64,000 bases of DNA from assembly GCA_050948825.1 (NCBI GenBank), contig JBMNEO010000007.1, positions 40,019 to 104,018 of the forward strand, in the 5' to 3' direction. Made by a program: the position numbers and the translations under genes. This DNA is from Dethiobacteria bacterium. GTDB taxonomy: Bacteria; Bacillota; Dethiobacteria; DTU022; UBA8154. Below, piece by piece: positions 26,652 through 36,626 of the stretch. The notes under the pieces were generated by a model that saw nothing but the letters and a program-made list of their open reading frames with translations, had not been told where the DNA came from and ran no database searches. Each line of letters opens with the position of its first letter. Within the stretch, counting starts at the first letter, position 1.

Positions 26652-28421
26652 TTGAAGGAAATTGTGCTTATTGAACCAAAAACCAAAAAAGGGCATGTCT
26701 ATAGTATGGTGCGCATGCCTCGCTTGGGCCTTCCTTTGCTGGGGGCGCAGTTAAAAGCCGAGGGTTATAAGGTGTCAATTTATACGGCGTCGTTGGATAA
26801 CCTGCCCTGGAACAAAATTTTGGAGGCCGATCTGGTCGGGGTTTCAACCACTACTTCTACAAGTTTTGATGCTTATCGTATCGCGAGCCACCTCCGCGCC
26901 TATAATATTCCTGTTGTTATCGGCGGCATTCATGCAACCTATCTGCCGGATGAGGCCTTACAGTACGGGGATTATGTTGTAAGGGGGGAGGCGGATTACA
27001 CTTTTCTCCCGCTTGTGCGGGCACTCGAAGCGGGTCAGTTGCCCAGCGATATTCCAGGAGTATCTTTCTGGGATAATGGGGTGCCGGTACATAATCCTGG
27101 ACAGGATTACTGGGTGGAGATGGACGATCTTCCCATTCCCGACTTGAGTCTTTTTGTGCAGGGCAAACCTGGCGGTGCTGTTCCGGTGATGACCTCCCGC
27201 GGGTGTCCCTTTAATTGTACCTTTTGTAGTGTTACCCCGATGTTTGGAAGGGGCTATCGCTACCGCAGTACGGAAAAGGTGTTGGAGGAGCTTTCTCTTT
27301 ACCGCGGGCAGCATGTATTTTTCTGTGATGATCATTTTACGGCAAACCCGAAGCGTACCAAAGAGGTACTGCGGGGAATGCTGGATCGAAAAATAACCCT
27401 TAAGGGATGGGGTGCCCAGGTTCGTGTTGATGCAGCCAGAGACGAAGAACTTTTAGAGCTAATGCGGCGTACCAGGGGGAATATTGCTTATATAGGTTTG
27501 GAATCAATTAATCCTGCTACACTTGAAGCTTATAACAAACAGCAAAGCTTGGATGATATTGAGGAAGGCATTCGACGTTTTCACGATTACGGTGTAAGGA
27601 TACATGGTATGTTCGTTTTTGGCAGCGACAGTGACACCGTACAGACGATCAGGGACACCGTGGATTTTGCTCTTAAAATGCGTATTGACAGCGTGCAATT
27701 TTTGATGCTCACACCTTTGCCGGGAACGCCGTTGTTTAAACAACTGGAATCCGAGGGGCGCCTTCTTACCAGGAATTGGGGGCTTTATGATGGCCACCAT
27801 GCAGTTTTTCAGCCTGCGCTTATGTCCCCCGAGCAGCTCCAGGAGGAGTCTTTCAATGCGTTTAAGCGTTTTTACTCCCTATCCCATGTATTTCAAAACA
27901 CAATGTTAACAGGCTGGGGCTCTTCCCTTTACCGTGGGGTGGGTTGGTGGCTGGTAAAACGTTTTGAAAAACAAAACCGCTGGTACGATCAAATTTTAGA
28001 ACGCTTACAAAATAAAAGCAGCCGTTCGGTGCCTCTTTTTTATCGCCGGATTCCCATTAACCGGGAAGGAAAATTAAAACAGGGGGAAACAGCAAATCAC
28101 TTAAAGATCTATGTCTCGGAGAGTAACGGTGTCCTTTACCTGCGCCTGCGAGGCTTATTAAACCGGCTTACCTTGAAAGAATTGAACCGTACACTCAAGG
28201 GTCTGGTACCCAGGCCCTGTTTGCATCTTGTCATTAATACCGAAGGGTTATCTTATTCAGAAAAAACAGCCCGTGCATTTACCCGCTCTCTAGAACGCCT
28301 TGGAAGGCGTGTTAGCCGGGTACAGTTAATATACCGTGAGGGTGATCTCCGGCATTCTTTTTTGAATAAGAAGTTTCTCAGGATTCAACGGTTTGAATTG
28401 CTTCCCTGCAGGGAAAGGTAA
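26652..28421 (+). CDS. B12-binding domain / radical SAM (class B) protein with ~200-aa C-terminal extension
   Basis: An N-terminal cobalamin-binding Rossmann domain is followed by a CPFNCTFC radical-SAM Cys motif. The C-terminal region is of DUF4070-like or STAS-like character (inference). Confidence 0.75.
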   Translation: MKEIVLIEPKTKKGHVYSMVRMPRLGLPLLGAQLKAEGYKVSIYTASLDNLPWNKILEADLVGVSTTTSTSFDAYRIASHLRAYNIPVVIGGIHATYLPDEALQYGDYVVRGEADYTFLPLVRALEAGQLPSDIPGVSFWDNGVPVHNPGQDYWVEMDDLPIPDLSLFVQGKPGGAVPVMTSRGCPFNCTFCSVTPMFGRGYRYRSTEKVLEELSLYRGQHVFFCDDHFTANPKRTKEVLRGMLDRKITLKGWGAQVRVDAARDEELLELMRRTRGNIAYIGLESINPATLEAYNKQQSLDDIEEGIRRFHDYGVRIHGMFVFGSDSDTVQTIRDTVDFALKMRIDSVQFLMLTPLPGTPLFKQLESEGRLLTRNWGLYDGHHAVFQPALMSPEQLQEESFNAFKRFYSLSHVFQNTMLTGWGSSLYRGVGWWLVKRFEKQNRWYDQILERLQNKSSRSVPLFYRRIPINREGKLKQGETANHLKIYVSESNGVLYLRLRGLLNRLTLKELNRTLKGLVPRPCLHLVINTEGLSYSEKTARAFTRSLERLGRRVSRVQLIYREGDLRHSFLNKKFLRIQRFELLPCRER

Positions 28422-28465
28422 ACGGTGTATTATTACTTAAAATTGCAGTATTGAATAAATTTTAT

Positions 28466-28500
28466 TAAAGAGCCGCAGCGCTCTTTTTTATTTTTTTTTC
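28466..28500 (+). terminator. Rho-independent terminator after the radical SAM gene
   Basis: AAAGAGC-CGCAGC-GCTCTTTTTTATTTTTTTTT. Confidence 0.65.
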
Positions 28501-28885
28501 CTCATAAAAGTAAGTTAAATAATAGCGCTTGCCGGGGAGATACTAAACCCGGGAGGTGATTATATTGGATTGGAAAAAAATTGCACGAGCTGTGGAAAAG
28601 TGAAAAACCAGCATGCAGGGTCTAGTTAAGACCGAAGAAGGGGTGGCTTCTGAAGAAATTGCCCAAAAAAGTCAGGAAATTACCGGGTTGCTCAGTAATT
28701 TTGTCGAGATGTTGAAAGAAAAACAAAAGTGAAGTTTATTCCAGGATTCAAGTAGACACCTGAATCAATAGTATTTTTAAAGTATTTTAAACCAATTTTT
28801 GGGAAAAAGTGGTGCATGCGAACTCGTTACTGAGGAACCCTAGCGACTATAAGGCCTGCACCACTTTTTTTGGTTATATTCATCC

Positions 28886-29143
28886 CTATATATGCATTTG
28901 CGGCTGTTGCATTTCTTGTTCGTCGAGAATTCTGGGTACTTTATACCATCCGTTTTGATACATGATCTGAAAAATTCTATAGTGATCATTTAAATGCTGA
29001 TCATGAAAATCTTTAAAAGTCTGGCGCAGGTTTTGGTCTTGGGCTTCAAGTATTGCCATCATATAACCCTCAGCCATATGTTTTACGCCAGTTAACACAT
29101 CGCCGGCGATATCCTTATCGGTAAATTGTTGCATGTAGGGCAT
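28886..29143 (-). CDS. Spore coat protein F-like small protein
   Basis: The DIAGDVLTGVKHMAEGYMMAILEA pattern belongs to the CotF / YraF-YraG family. Confidence 0.6.
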   Translation of the reverse strand: MPYMQQFTDKDIAGDVLTGVKHMAEGYMMAILEAQDQNLRQTFKDFHDQHLNDHYRIFQIMYQNGWYKVPRILDEQEMQQPQMHI

Positions 29144-29177
29144 ATCTTAACCTCCTTTTTATTTACTAATAATGTTT

Positions 29178-29411
29178 TTAGGAGAGCAGGTGGCTTCCAC
29201 CGGCTTGCTGTAATAAGGAAGAGAGCCTGTTTGCTCTTTCCTGGCATTGGGTACTCATTTGTTGAATTATGTTCCTCATGTTGGGGTCCTGGACCTGGCT
29301 TGAGTATGCATTTAGCTTTTTTAAACACAGTGATTCACCCTGATATTGGTGGAAAATAGACATAAACTCAGCTTTGCCGATATTTTTAATGTTGGTTCTT
29401 ACTTGCTGCAT
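29178..29411 (-). CDS. Spore coat protein F-like small protein (paired with the preceding gene)
   Basis: A Gln-rich 77-aa partner in a CotF-like two-gene arrangement. Confidence 0.5.
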   Translation of the reverse strand: MQQVRTNIKNIGKAEFMSIFHQYQGESLCLKKLNAYSSQVQDPNMRNIIQQMSTQCQERANRLSSLLQQAGGSHLLS

Positions 29412-29603
29412 TATATCCCTCCTTCCGCTAAAAGCTTGATTTTATCTTATCCGTTATCCTTGCATCTATACGTGGCATCATAAGGAAAAATATTCTTTTA
29501 ATATCTTCCTTTATCCAAAGGTTTATAGCATCTGCGCGGTAGACAGGATTTCAGGGTTATAGTATAATATTCCTAATTTATGCAGGTGTTTTGGAGGTTT
29601 TCA

Positions 29604-31268
29604 ATGAAGAAATATTATGTTTATGATACAACATTAAGAGACGGGGCTCAAAGAGAGGGTATTTCCTTTTCTGTTAGCGACAAAATAGAGATAGTAGAAT
29701 TACTGGATGCTTTAGGAATAGACTACATTGAAGGCGGATGGCCAGGTTCCAATCCCAAAGATATCGAGTTTTTTCACCGTTTAAAGGATTTATCTTTAAA
29801 ACATGCCAAAGTATCTGCTTTTGGCAGTACCAGGCATGCCCATACAGAGGTAGAAGTAGACGAAAATATTAAAGCTCTGCTGGAGGCAAAAACACCCGTA
29901 GTGACGGTTGTTGGGAAAAGCTGGGACTTTCATGTGACCCAGGCTCTTGGTACCACCCTAGAGGAAAATCTGAGCATGATCGCCGATACTGTTGCCTATT
30001 TAAAAGGAAAGGGTTTGGAGGTTATCTATGATGCGGAGCACTTTTTTGACGGATTTTTTAACAATCATGATTATGCTCTCCAAACTGTCAGGGTAGCTGC
30101 AGATAATGGTGCGGATACTGTTGTATTGTGCGATACTAACGGTGGGACACTGCCACTGGACGTAAAAAAGGTCATTAAGGCTGTAAAAAAAGAAATCGAT
30201 GTCCCTCTCGGCATTCATGCCCATAATGATTGCGGAATGGGGGATGCAAATTCAATCATCGCTTTGCAAAGCGGGGCTGTCCACGTTCAGGGGACAATAA
30301 ACGGATACGGGGAAAGGTGTGGGAATGCAGATCTCTGCTGCATAATACCTAATATGTACTTCAAGCTAAACATCAGGAAATATAAACCCCAGTTGAAAGA
30401 ATTAACAAGGATTTCTAAAGTTGTCGCCGAGCTGGCCAATATGATTCCTCTTGACGGGCAGCCATATGTCGGAAGAAATGCTTTCACACATAAAGGCGGT
30501 ATCCATGTTGATGCAGTGGTGAAGCATGCCCGTACTTATGAACATGCCAATCCGGAAGAGGTGGGCAATAAACGCCGTATTCTGGTTTCGGAGCTTTCCG
30601 GTAAGAGCAATATTCTCTCCAAGGCCAGGGAAGATGAAATTCAATTGATTAAAAACTATCCGGAGGCGAAAGAAGTACTGTATGCGATCAAGAAAATGGA
30701 GCATGAAGGATACCAATTTGAAGGGGCTGAAGGTTCTTTCGAGCTGCTTATCTGGAAAACGCTAAAAACTTACAATCCCCTGTTTAAGCTGGAGGGGTTT
30801 CGCGTAATACTGGACAAGGAGCGGTGGGGCAACGATCTCTATATCGAGGCGACGGTAAAACTAAAAGTAGGAAAGAGATCGGTTCATACCGTTGCCGAGG
30901 GGAATGGTCCGGTTAATGCTATGGATAACGCTTTGCGCAAAGCCCTGGAAGAGATTTATCCGGAGATTAAAAATATAAAACTGGTTGATTATAAAGTGCG
31001 GGTGCTTGACGGCAAAGATGGCACAGGGGCAAAGGTGCGGGTATTAATTACCTCTCAAAACGGCAATAAAAGGTGGGGAACAGTTGGTGTTTCCGAGAAT
31101 ATTATTGAGGCCAGCTGGGTTGCGCTGGTTGACAGCATCGAATATGGTCTGCTCTGCAAGCAAAGCCCGGCGGTGGATGATTTTAAAAAAGCTATTAACG
31201 ATATGATCTGGGAGGAAGAGTATATCGATAAGAATGAGCAATTGTTGGATAACTCCGGCAAATTTTAG
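29604..31268 (+). CDS. cimA: (R)-citramalate synthase / 2-isopropylmalate synthase family (LeuA type 2)
   Basis: YVYDTTLRDGAQ..G marks the HMGL-like N-terminus. The C-terminal LeuA dimerisation domain and a ~555-aa length complete the match. Confidence 0.8.
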   Translation: MKKYYVYDTTLRDGAQREGISFSVSDKIEIVELLDALGIDYIEGGWPGSNPKDIEFFHRLKDLSLKHAKVSAFGSTRHAHTEVEVDENIKALLEAKTPVVTVVGKSWDFHVTQALGTTLEENLSMIADTVAYLKGKGLEVIYDAEHFFDGFFNNHDYALQTVRVAADNGADTVVLCDTNGGTLPLDVKKVIKAVKKEIDVPLGIHAHNDCGMGDANSIIALQSGAVHVQGTINGYGERCGNADLCCIIPNMYFKLNIRKYKPQLKELTRISKVVAELANMIPLDGQPYVGRNAFTHKGGIHVDAVVKHARTYEHANPEEVGNKRRILVSELSGKSNILSKAREDEIQLIKNYPEAKEVLYAIKKMEHEGYQFEGAEGSFELLIWKTLKTYNPLFKLEGFRVILDKERWGNDLYIEATVKLKVGKRSVHTVAEGNGPVNAMDNALRKALEEIYPEIKNIKLVDYKVRVLDGKDGTGAKVRVLITSQNGNKRWGTVGVSENIIEASWVALVDSIEYGLLCKQSPAVDDFKKAINDMIWEEEYIDKNEQLLDNSGKF

Positions 31269-31297
31269 AAGGAAGCTCGGCGGTGAAGGAGGCGCTA

Positions 31298-32377
31298 ATG
31301 AAAAAGAAAGTGAGCTTTTTATTCGGTTTGGCAACCGCTATTGGGAGTATGCCTCATCAGGATATAGATGTTGCGTTAGAGTTGATTAAAGATACACTCT
31401 GTTCCGGGCCGCACTGGCCTCAGTTGCCGAAACTTGGGAGAGAAGAAACTTTTGTCCGGCAATATTTGTCTCCGTTGTTGAAGTTGGGGATTATGGATAT
31501 AGGGAAGGGGGAGACCCCCTTTTTTTGTAACGGGCGTAATGATTGGCTGCAAAAAATGGAGCGCTTTTATAGCCTTTATCTTGATTGCGATCAAGAAGGG
31601 GTACAAAAAGATACTTCTCTTTCCATCTTTGCTTTCCCCCGGGAAGCGGCATCGGGTTTTTATAAATTTTTAGAGGAAAAATGGGGGAAGTTATCTAGGA
31701 AACCGCTTTTTCTTAAAGGTCAGCTGAGCGGACCGCTTTCTATAGGTTTGCAGGTAAATGACGAAAACGGTGTGCCTGCCTTTTATAGAGACGACCTGCG
31801 GGATATAATTACCAAGACCCTTGTTTTAAATGCCCGGCACCAGGTGCGCCTTTTGAAAAAATTTTCGCTTCCGGTAGTAATATTTATTGATGAACCGCAA
31901 TTGCTTTCCTTCGGCCAGTCTACTTATGTTGCGCTTTCCAGAGAACATATTTCTAAGAGCATCGGTGAGGTTGTTTCAGTTATAAACGCCGAGGGCGCTT
32001 ATGCCGGTGTTCACTGCTGTTCCGGCATAGACTGGTCGATAATATTTGAACTGCCCCTGCAAATAGTGAGTTTTGATGCCTATGATTATTTTGAATCGCT
32101 GCTGGTTTACAGCGATGCAATCGATGCTTTTTTAAAAAATGGAGGCTGTTTGGCCTGGGGTCTTGTACCGACCTCAGAAGCTATAGAGAAGGAAAACACC
32201 CTTTCTTTAAAGGAGAGGTTTTATGAAGGCATAGCCCGCCTTGCACGAAGAGGGGTTAGCCCTGAACTGCTTTCCAGGCAGTATCTTTTGACCCCGAGCT
32301 GTGGAGCCGGCACTCTTTCGGTTGCAGAATGTGAAAAGGTATATCGCATTACCTCAGAGTTACAAAAATTTCTATAG
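31298..32377 (+). CDS. URO-D / MetE-like (cobalamin-independent methyltransferase-fold) family protein
   Basis: IDEPQL, HCCSG and TPSCGAG motifs resemble the Zn-binding motifs of the UroD/MtaA/MetE superfamily. Specific function unknown. Confidence 0.45.
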   Translation: MKKKVSFLFGLATAIGSMPHQDIDVALELIKDTLCSGPHWPQLPKLGREETFVRQYLSPLLKLGIMDIGKGETPFFCNGRNDWLQKMERFYSLYLDCDQEGVQKDTSLSIFAFPREAASGFYKFLEEKWGKLSRKPLFLKGQLSGPLSIGLQVNDENGVPAFYRDDLRDIITKTLVLNARHQVRLLKKFSLPVVIFIDEPQLLSFGQSTYVALSREHISKSIGEVVSVINAEGAYAGVHCCSGIDWSIIFELPLQIVSFDAYDYFESLLVYSDAIDAFLKNGGCLAWGLVPTSEAIEKENTLSLKERFYEGIARLARRGVSPELLSRQYLLTPSCGAGTLSVAECEKVYRITSELQKFL

Positions 32378-32418
32378 GAAACGTTTCTTGATCATAACTA
32401 AGGAAGGAGGTTTTTTTA

Positions 32419-33486
32419 TTGAGCGAAAACAAATACGATCTACAAAATTTACTTAAGAAATTAACAGAAGATAACGGCGCTTCGGGTTATGAAGGAAGTA
32501 TTGCAAAGATAATTGCAGATGCCTTTGCGCCTTATATAGACGACCAGAGGACGGATAACCTGGGAAACCTTATTTTTCTAAAAAAAGGAAAGGGTGCCGG
32601 CGGGCCGAAGGTCCTTTTATGTGCGCATATGGATGAGATAGGGCTAATGATTACAAAGATTGAAGATAATGGGTTTATGAGGTTTACTTCCCTTGGAGGT
32701 TTTGATCCGCGGACCCTTCCAGGACAGGAAGTTGTCATTCGCGGAAGAGAACCTCTCGAAGGGATAATAGGTATAAAGCCACCCCACCTTTTTGAAAATG
32801 ATGAAAAAGGGAAGGGGGCAGAGATGGAAGATCTGTTTATAGATACCGGCCTTTCGGAAACAACAGTACGCAGAGAGATAAAAGTAGGAACTGTTGCGGT
32901 TATAAAAAGAACTATGCTTACCCTTTTAAACGATTGTTTTACGGGTAAAGCGCTTGATGACCGCGCGGGGGTGGCGGTATTGTGGATCTGCGCCCGGGAA
33001 CTGGCCAACCTAAAGCATCAAGCCGATATTTACCTTGTAGCGACTATCCAGGAGGAAGTTGGCACCAGAGGAGCCCTGGTATCAGCTTTTGGTGTTTCTC
33101 CGGATATCGGAATCGCTGTGGACGTTTGTCACGGGGATTTTCCAGGTGCTCATGAGTATGAAGTTTCTCCACTGGGTAAGGGGCCTGTAATTACCTGGGG
33201 GCCAAACATTCACCCCCAGCTGGCGGAACGGTTGACGGAAACGGCAAAGGAAAATCACCTGCCCCATCAAAAAGACGTTTCTCCGGGTCCTACGGGTACA
33301 GATGCCCGTGCAATTCAGATAAGCCTGGGAGGTATCCCGGCGGGACTTCTCTCTATCCCCCTGCGTTACATGCACACTTCGGTAGAGCTGGTTAACCTCG
33401 AAGATATTAAAGTCGCCGGAAAACTGCTGGCATTTTTCCTGGCCAACCTGCAAGGAGATTTTGTGGAGGGATTATCATGTATATAA
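32419..33486 (+). CDS. M42 family aminopeptidase (TET/FrvX/YsdC-like), paralog 1
   Basis: The CAHMDEIG and DDRAG motifs mark the metal sites of M42 peptidases. TTG start with an AGGAGG RBS. Confidence 0.85.
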   Translation: MSENKYDLQNLLKKLTEDNGASGYEGSIAKIIADAFAPYIDDQRTDNLGNLIFLKKGKGAGGPKVLLCAHMDEIGLMITKIEDNGFMRFTSLGGFDPRTLPGQEVVIRGREPLEGIIGIKPPHLFENDEKGKGAEMEDLFIDTGLSETTVRREIKVGTVAVIKRTMLTLLNDCFTGKALDDRAGVAVLWICARELANLKHQADIYLVATIQEEVGTRGALVSAFGVSPDIGIAVDVCHGDFPGAHEYEVSPLGKGPVITWGPNIHPQLAERLTETAKENHLPHQKDVSPGPTGTDARAIQISLGGIPAGLLSIPLRYMHTSVELVNLEDIKVAGKLLAFFLANLQGDFVEGLSCI

Positions 33487-34499
33487 AAGAGCTATCCCAG
33501 TTGCCCGGTGTTTCAGGCGATGAATCGAGGGTTAGAAATTTTATCAAGGAAAAACTGGTGCAGTGGGGGATAAAAAACCAGACCGATTCGATGGGTAATT
33601 TATATGCTTTTAAAGAAGGCCGGGGCAAGGGTGAAGATCCCGGTATCATGTTAACAGCACATATGGACGAAGTGGGCCTGATGGTCTCTTCTATCGAAAA
33701 AAGCGGGCACCTGCGTTTTTACAAAGTAGGAGGCATATATGAGCATACCCTTGTCTCCAAGCCGGTAAGGATAGGCCACCGGGATATCAGGGGAGTTATC
33801 GGTGCCAAAGCGATCCATCTGCAAAAAAGAGATGAGAGGAAAAAAGCCCTGGAAGTTGATAAACTTTATATCGACATCGGTGCTAAAGACAGGGAGGATG
33901 CTGAAAAGGCGGTCAAAATAGGGGACTATGTTTCCTTTGACAGTGAAGCATCAACTATTGAAAACCTGGTGAAAGGAAAGGCTTTCGATAACAGGGCGGG
34001 ATGTGCAGCCCTGCTGGAAATACTGCAAAAAGATTATCCCTTTTCTTTTACAGTAGTGTTTACAGTACAGGAGGAAGTTGGTTCAAGGGGAGCCAGGGCA
34101 GCAGCACACAGAGTGAATCCGAGGATAGCTCTGGTCCTTGAAACTACCGGTGCGATGGATATCCCCGGGGTAAAAGAGCAGAACAGCTCCGTAGCAATCG
34201 GAGCCGGCCCTGCCTTTACTCTGATGGATGATTCTTTTATGGCTCATCCGCAGATACTGGATCGTCTGGTGTTGATTGCCGGGCAGGAAAAGATCCCCTA
34301 TCAGTTCCGGCGCTATACCGGCAGTTTTACCGATGCCGGTGCTGTCGCGCTGGCTCACAGCGGTGCGGCTGTCGGCGTAATCTCTACTCCCTGCAGGTAT
34401 ATTCATACGCCGGTGTCATTGTTATCATTGGAAGATTGGAACCATCTGGTTAATATAATAGATTTATTTATCAGATCAGTATCTGAAAAGGGAATATAA
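33477..34499 (+). CDS. M42 family aminopeptidase, paralog 2
   Basis: TAHMDEVG and DNRAG motifs. Overlaps the preceding gene by 10 nt. Confidence 0.85.
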   Translation: MYIKELSQLPGVSGDESRVRNFIKEKLVQWGIKNQTDSMGNLYAFKEGRGKGEDPGIMLTAHMDEVGLMVSSIEKSGHLRFYKVGGIYEHTLVSKPVRIGHRDIRGVIGAKAIHLQKRDERKKALEVDKLYIDIGAKDREDAEKAVKIGDYVSFDSEASTIENLVKGKAFDNRAGCAALLEILQKDYPFSFTVVFTVQEEVGSRGARAAAHRVNPRIALVLETTGAMDIPGVKEQNSSVAIGAGPAFTLMDDSFMAHPQILDRLVLIAGQEKIPYQFRRYTGSFTDAGAVALAHSGAAVGVISTPCRYIHTPVSLLSLEDWNHLVNIIDLFIRSVSEKGI

Positions 34500-34518
34500 A
34501 TGAAAAGGGGTTGTTGAT

Positions 34519-35511
34519 ATGATCGACTTGATAGAAAGGCTAACCGGAACTTTTGGCCCCGCCGGCAGTGAAGGGAAAATAAGGGCTCTTCTATGTGAAG
34601 AGGTGGAAAAGCTAAATCAAAATTATTTCGTGGATACCCTTGGGAATCTGGTTGTTACCGCGGGGGGTAAATCCGGAAAAAAAATATTAACGGCTGCACA
34701 TATGGATGAAATAGGTTTAATGGTTACATTTATAGATGAAAACGGCTTTTTACGTTTTACAAATATCGGCGGAGTTTTAAGAAACACTCTGTTAGGAACG
34801 AGGGTTATATTTGAAAATGGAGTTGTTGGTATAATCGGCCAGGAAAAGATTAAAGATGCAAAGGACTTTGGTTTAAATAAGTTATACATTGATATCGGTG
34901 CAAAGGACCGGAACGAAGCACAGAAAATGGTACGCATAGGCAGCCCGGCGGTTTTTCATACTCCCTTTAACAGGCTTGGAGAAAGGATCGTAGCAAAAAC
35001 TCTTGATAACCGCATTGGCTGTGCTGTGTTGCTGGAAGTATTAAAAAGGCTTCCTTCTTCCTTGCCGAATGAAGTATATTTTGTTTTTACGGTCCAGGAA
35101 GAGGTTGGGTTAAGAGGGGCCAGGACGGTTTCCTATCGCTTAGAGCCCGATTACGGTCTGGCGGTTGATGTAACAAGGGTGGGGGATACTCCTGAGCCGG
35201 ATTATAAGATGGAGGTGTCTCTGGGAAAGGGGCCCGGAGTAAAGATTAAGGATTCATCAGTTATTTGTCACCCGCAGGTTATACAATTAATGATAGAAAC
35301 GGCGGAAACCAATAATATCCCCTACCAGCTTGAAGTGTTGGAGAAGGGGGGTACCGATGCTGGAGCTATACACCTTTCGAAGGAAGGTATCCGCTCCGGA
35401 GCGCTCTCCATCCCCTGCCGGTATGTTCATTCACCAGGTGAAATGGTGGATCTCAATGATGTCGAAAACAGTGTTTCTTTATTGTTGGAGTTATTGAAAA
35501 AAAACTGGTAA
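34519..35511 (+). CDS. M42 family aminopeptidase, paralog 3
   Basis: AAHMDEIG and DNRIG motifs. Confidence 0.85.
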   Translation: MIDLIERLTGTFGPAGSEGKIRALLCEEVEKLNQNYFVDTLGNLVVTAGGKSGKKILTAAHMDEIGLMVTFIDENGFLRFTNIGGVLRNTLLGTRVIFENGVVGIIGQEKIKDAKDFGLNKLYIDIGAKDRNEAQKMVRIGSPAVFHTPFNRLGERIVAKTLDNRIGCAVLLEVLKRLPSSLPNEVYFVFTVQEEVGLRGARTVSYRLEPDYGLAVDVTRVGDTPEPDYKMEVSLGKGPGVKIKDSSVICHPQVIQLMIETAETNNIPYQLEVLEKGGTDAGAIHLSKEGIRSGALSIPCRYVHSPGEMVDLNDVENSVSLLLELLKKNW

Positions 35512-35699
35512 AAAAAATAACAAAGTTATTGTATTTGTGCTAATTAAGTGTTAAAATATTTTTTGGGCGGGAACACAGTGCCTGCACCATTGTTGCCAAG
35601 GTTAATTAAGGTTAATTAAAGTTTACAACCGGATATTTTTCTGCCTGGAGCCGAATAAAGGACCGGGACAGCAGGTACGTTGTAATGAATGGAAGTAGT

Positions 35700-35734
35700 G
35701 TGCCTTCCTGCCCGCCAGGAAGGTTTTATTATTT
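35700..35734 (+). terminator. Leader-region intrinsic terminator (attenuator) immediately upstream of the pan operon
   Basis: CCTTCCTG-CCCGC-CAGGAAGG is followed by TTTTATTATTT. It sits 20 nt before the first pan-operon start. Confidence 0.5.
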
Positions 35735-35753
35735 AAAAAGGCAGGTTTAATAG

Positions 35754-36626
35754 GTGCGGAAAATAGCTATTATTGGCGCCGGAAATGTAGGAAAAGTTCT
35801 TGGTTGTGCCCTTAATAAAAAAGGTTACAGGATAACTTCGGCTTTTTCCAGATCGGAAAAGTCAAGGGAAATGGCTGCAAATTTATTTCAATGTCCTGTT
35901 TACAGCGAACCCGAAAAGGCTGCTTATGAAGCGGATGTCGTCTTTTTAACCACCCCGGATCGCGTTATTGAAGAAGTATGTGCATCGATAGCGTTAAAAA
36001 AGGGATTCAGAAAGGGACAGGTTGTTTTGCATACCAGCGGCGCCCATAGCTCAACCATATTAATTCCTGCCAGGGATATGGGGGCAGATGTCCTTTCATT
36101 CCACCCCCTGCAAACCTTTCCGGAGCTTGAGGCCGGTTTGCGTTCCCTGCCGGGTACATTTTTTGCCGTAGAGGGGGATGAAAAGGCTTTACCCCTTGCT
36201 GAGGAACTGGTTGTTGCCATGGAAGGTAAGATGCTTACTATACCTACAGAGATGAAACCGCTTTATCATGCGGCGGCATGTGTGGCCTGCAATTATTTGG
36301 TATCACTTATGGATGTGGCCTTAAGGATGTACAGGGTTATGGATATTTCTCCTGAAAAAGCATTTGAAGCACTTTCTCCATTAATTTTTAGCACAATGGG
36401 CAATATAAAAGCACTGGGACCTGAAAAGGCTTTGACAGGCCCGGTATCACGGGGCGACAGTTCTACGATCAGCTCCCATATTGATATCATGCGGAGGCTG
36501 ACACCGGAACTCCTTCCGCTGTACCGGTCCCTGGGGCTCTATACAGTGGATCTTGCCCTTAAAAAGGGTACGCTCGATAAAGAAGGAGAAGAAAAAATCA
36601 AAAAATTGCTAGGAGGATTAAAATGA
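35754..36626 (+). CDS. Rossmann-fold DUF2520 protein (putative ketopantoate reductase of pan operon)
   Basis: IAIIGAGNVGK marks the NAD(P)-binding site. It is the first gene of the panB-panC-panD operon and overlaps panB by 4 nt. Confidence 0.65.
   Translation: MRKIAIIGAGNVGKVLGCALNKKGYRITSAFSRSEKSREMAANLFQCPVYSEPEKAAYEADVVFLTTPDRVIEEVCASIALKKGFRKGQVVLHTSGAHSSTILIPARDMGADVLSFHPLQTFPELEAGLRSLPGTFFAVEGDEKALPLAEELVVAMEGKMLTIPTEMKPLYHAAACVACNYLVSLMDVALRMYRVMDISPEKAFEALSPLIFSTMGNIKALGPEKALTGPVSRGDSSTISSHIDIMRRLTPELLPLYRSLGLYTVDLALKKGTLDKEGEEKIKKLLGGLK

Noticed and set aside
28560-28731. Small ORFs (12 and 40 codons) between the radical SAM gene and the CotF-like genes
   Set aside because: They have weak or no RBS, no conserved features, and they cannot be merged by a single indel. 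Mentioned only as possible leader or small-protein candidates.
28800-28880. Long-loop inverted repeat AAAAGTGGTGCA...TGCACCACTTTTT
   Set aside because: Most simply a bidirectional terminator for the convergent CotF-like gene (ends 28886). It has a 40-nt loop but nothing else distinctive.
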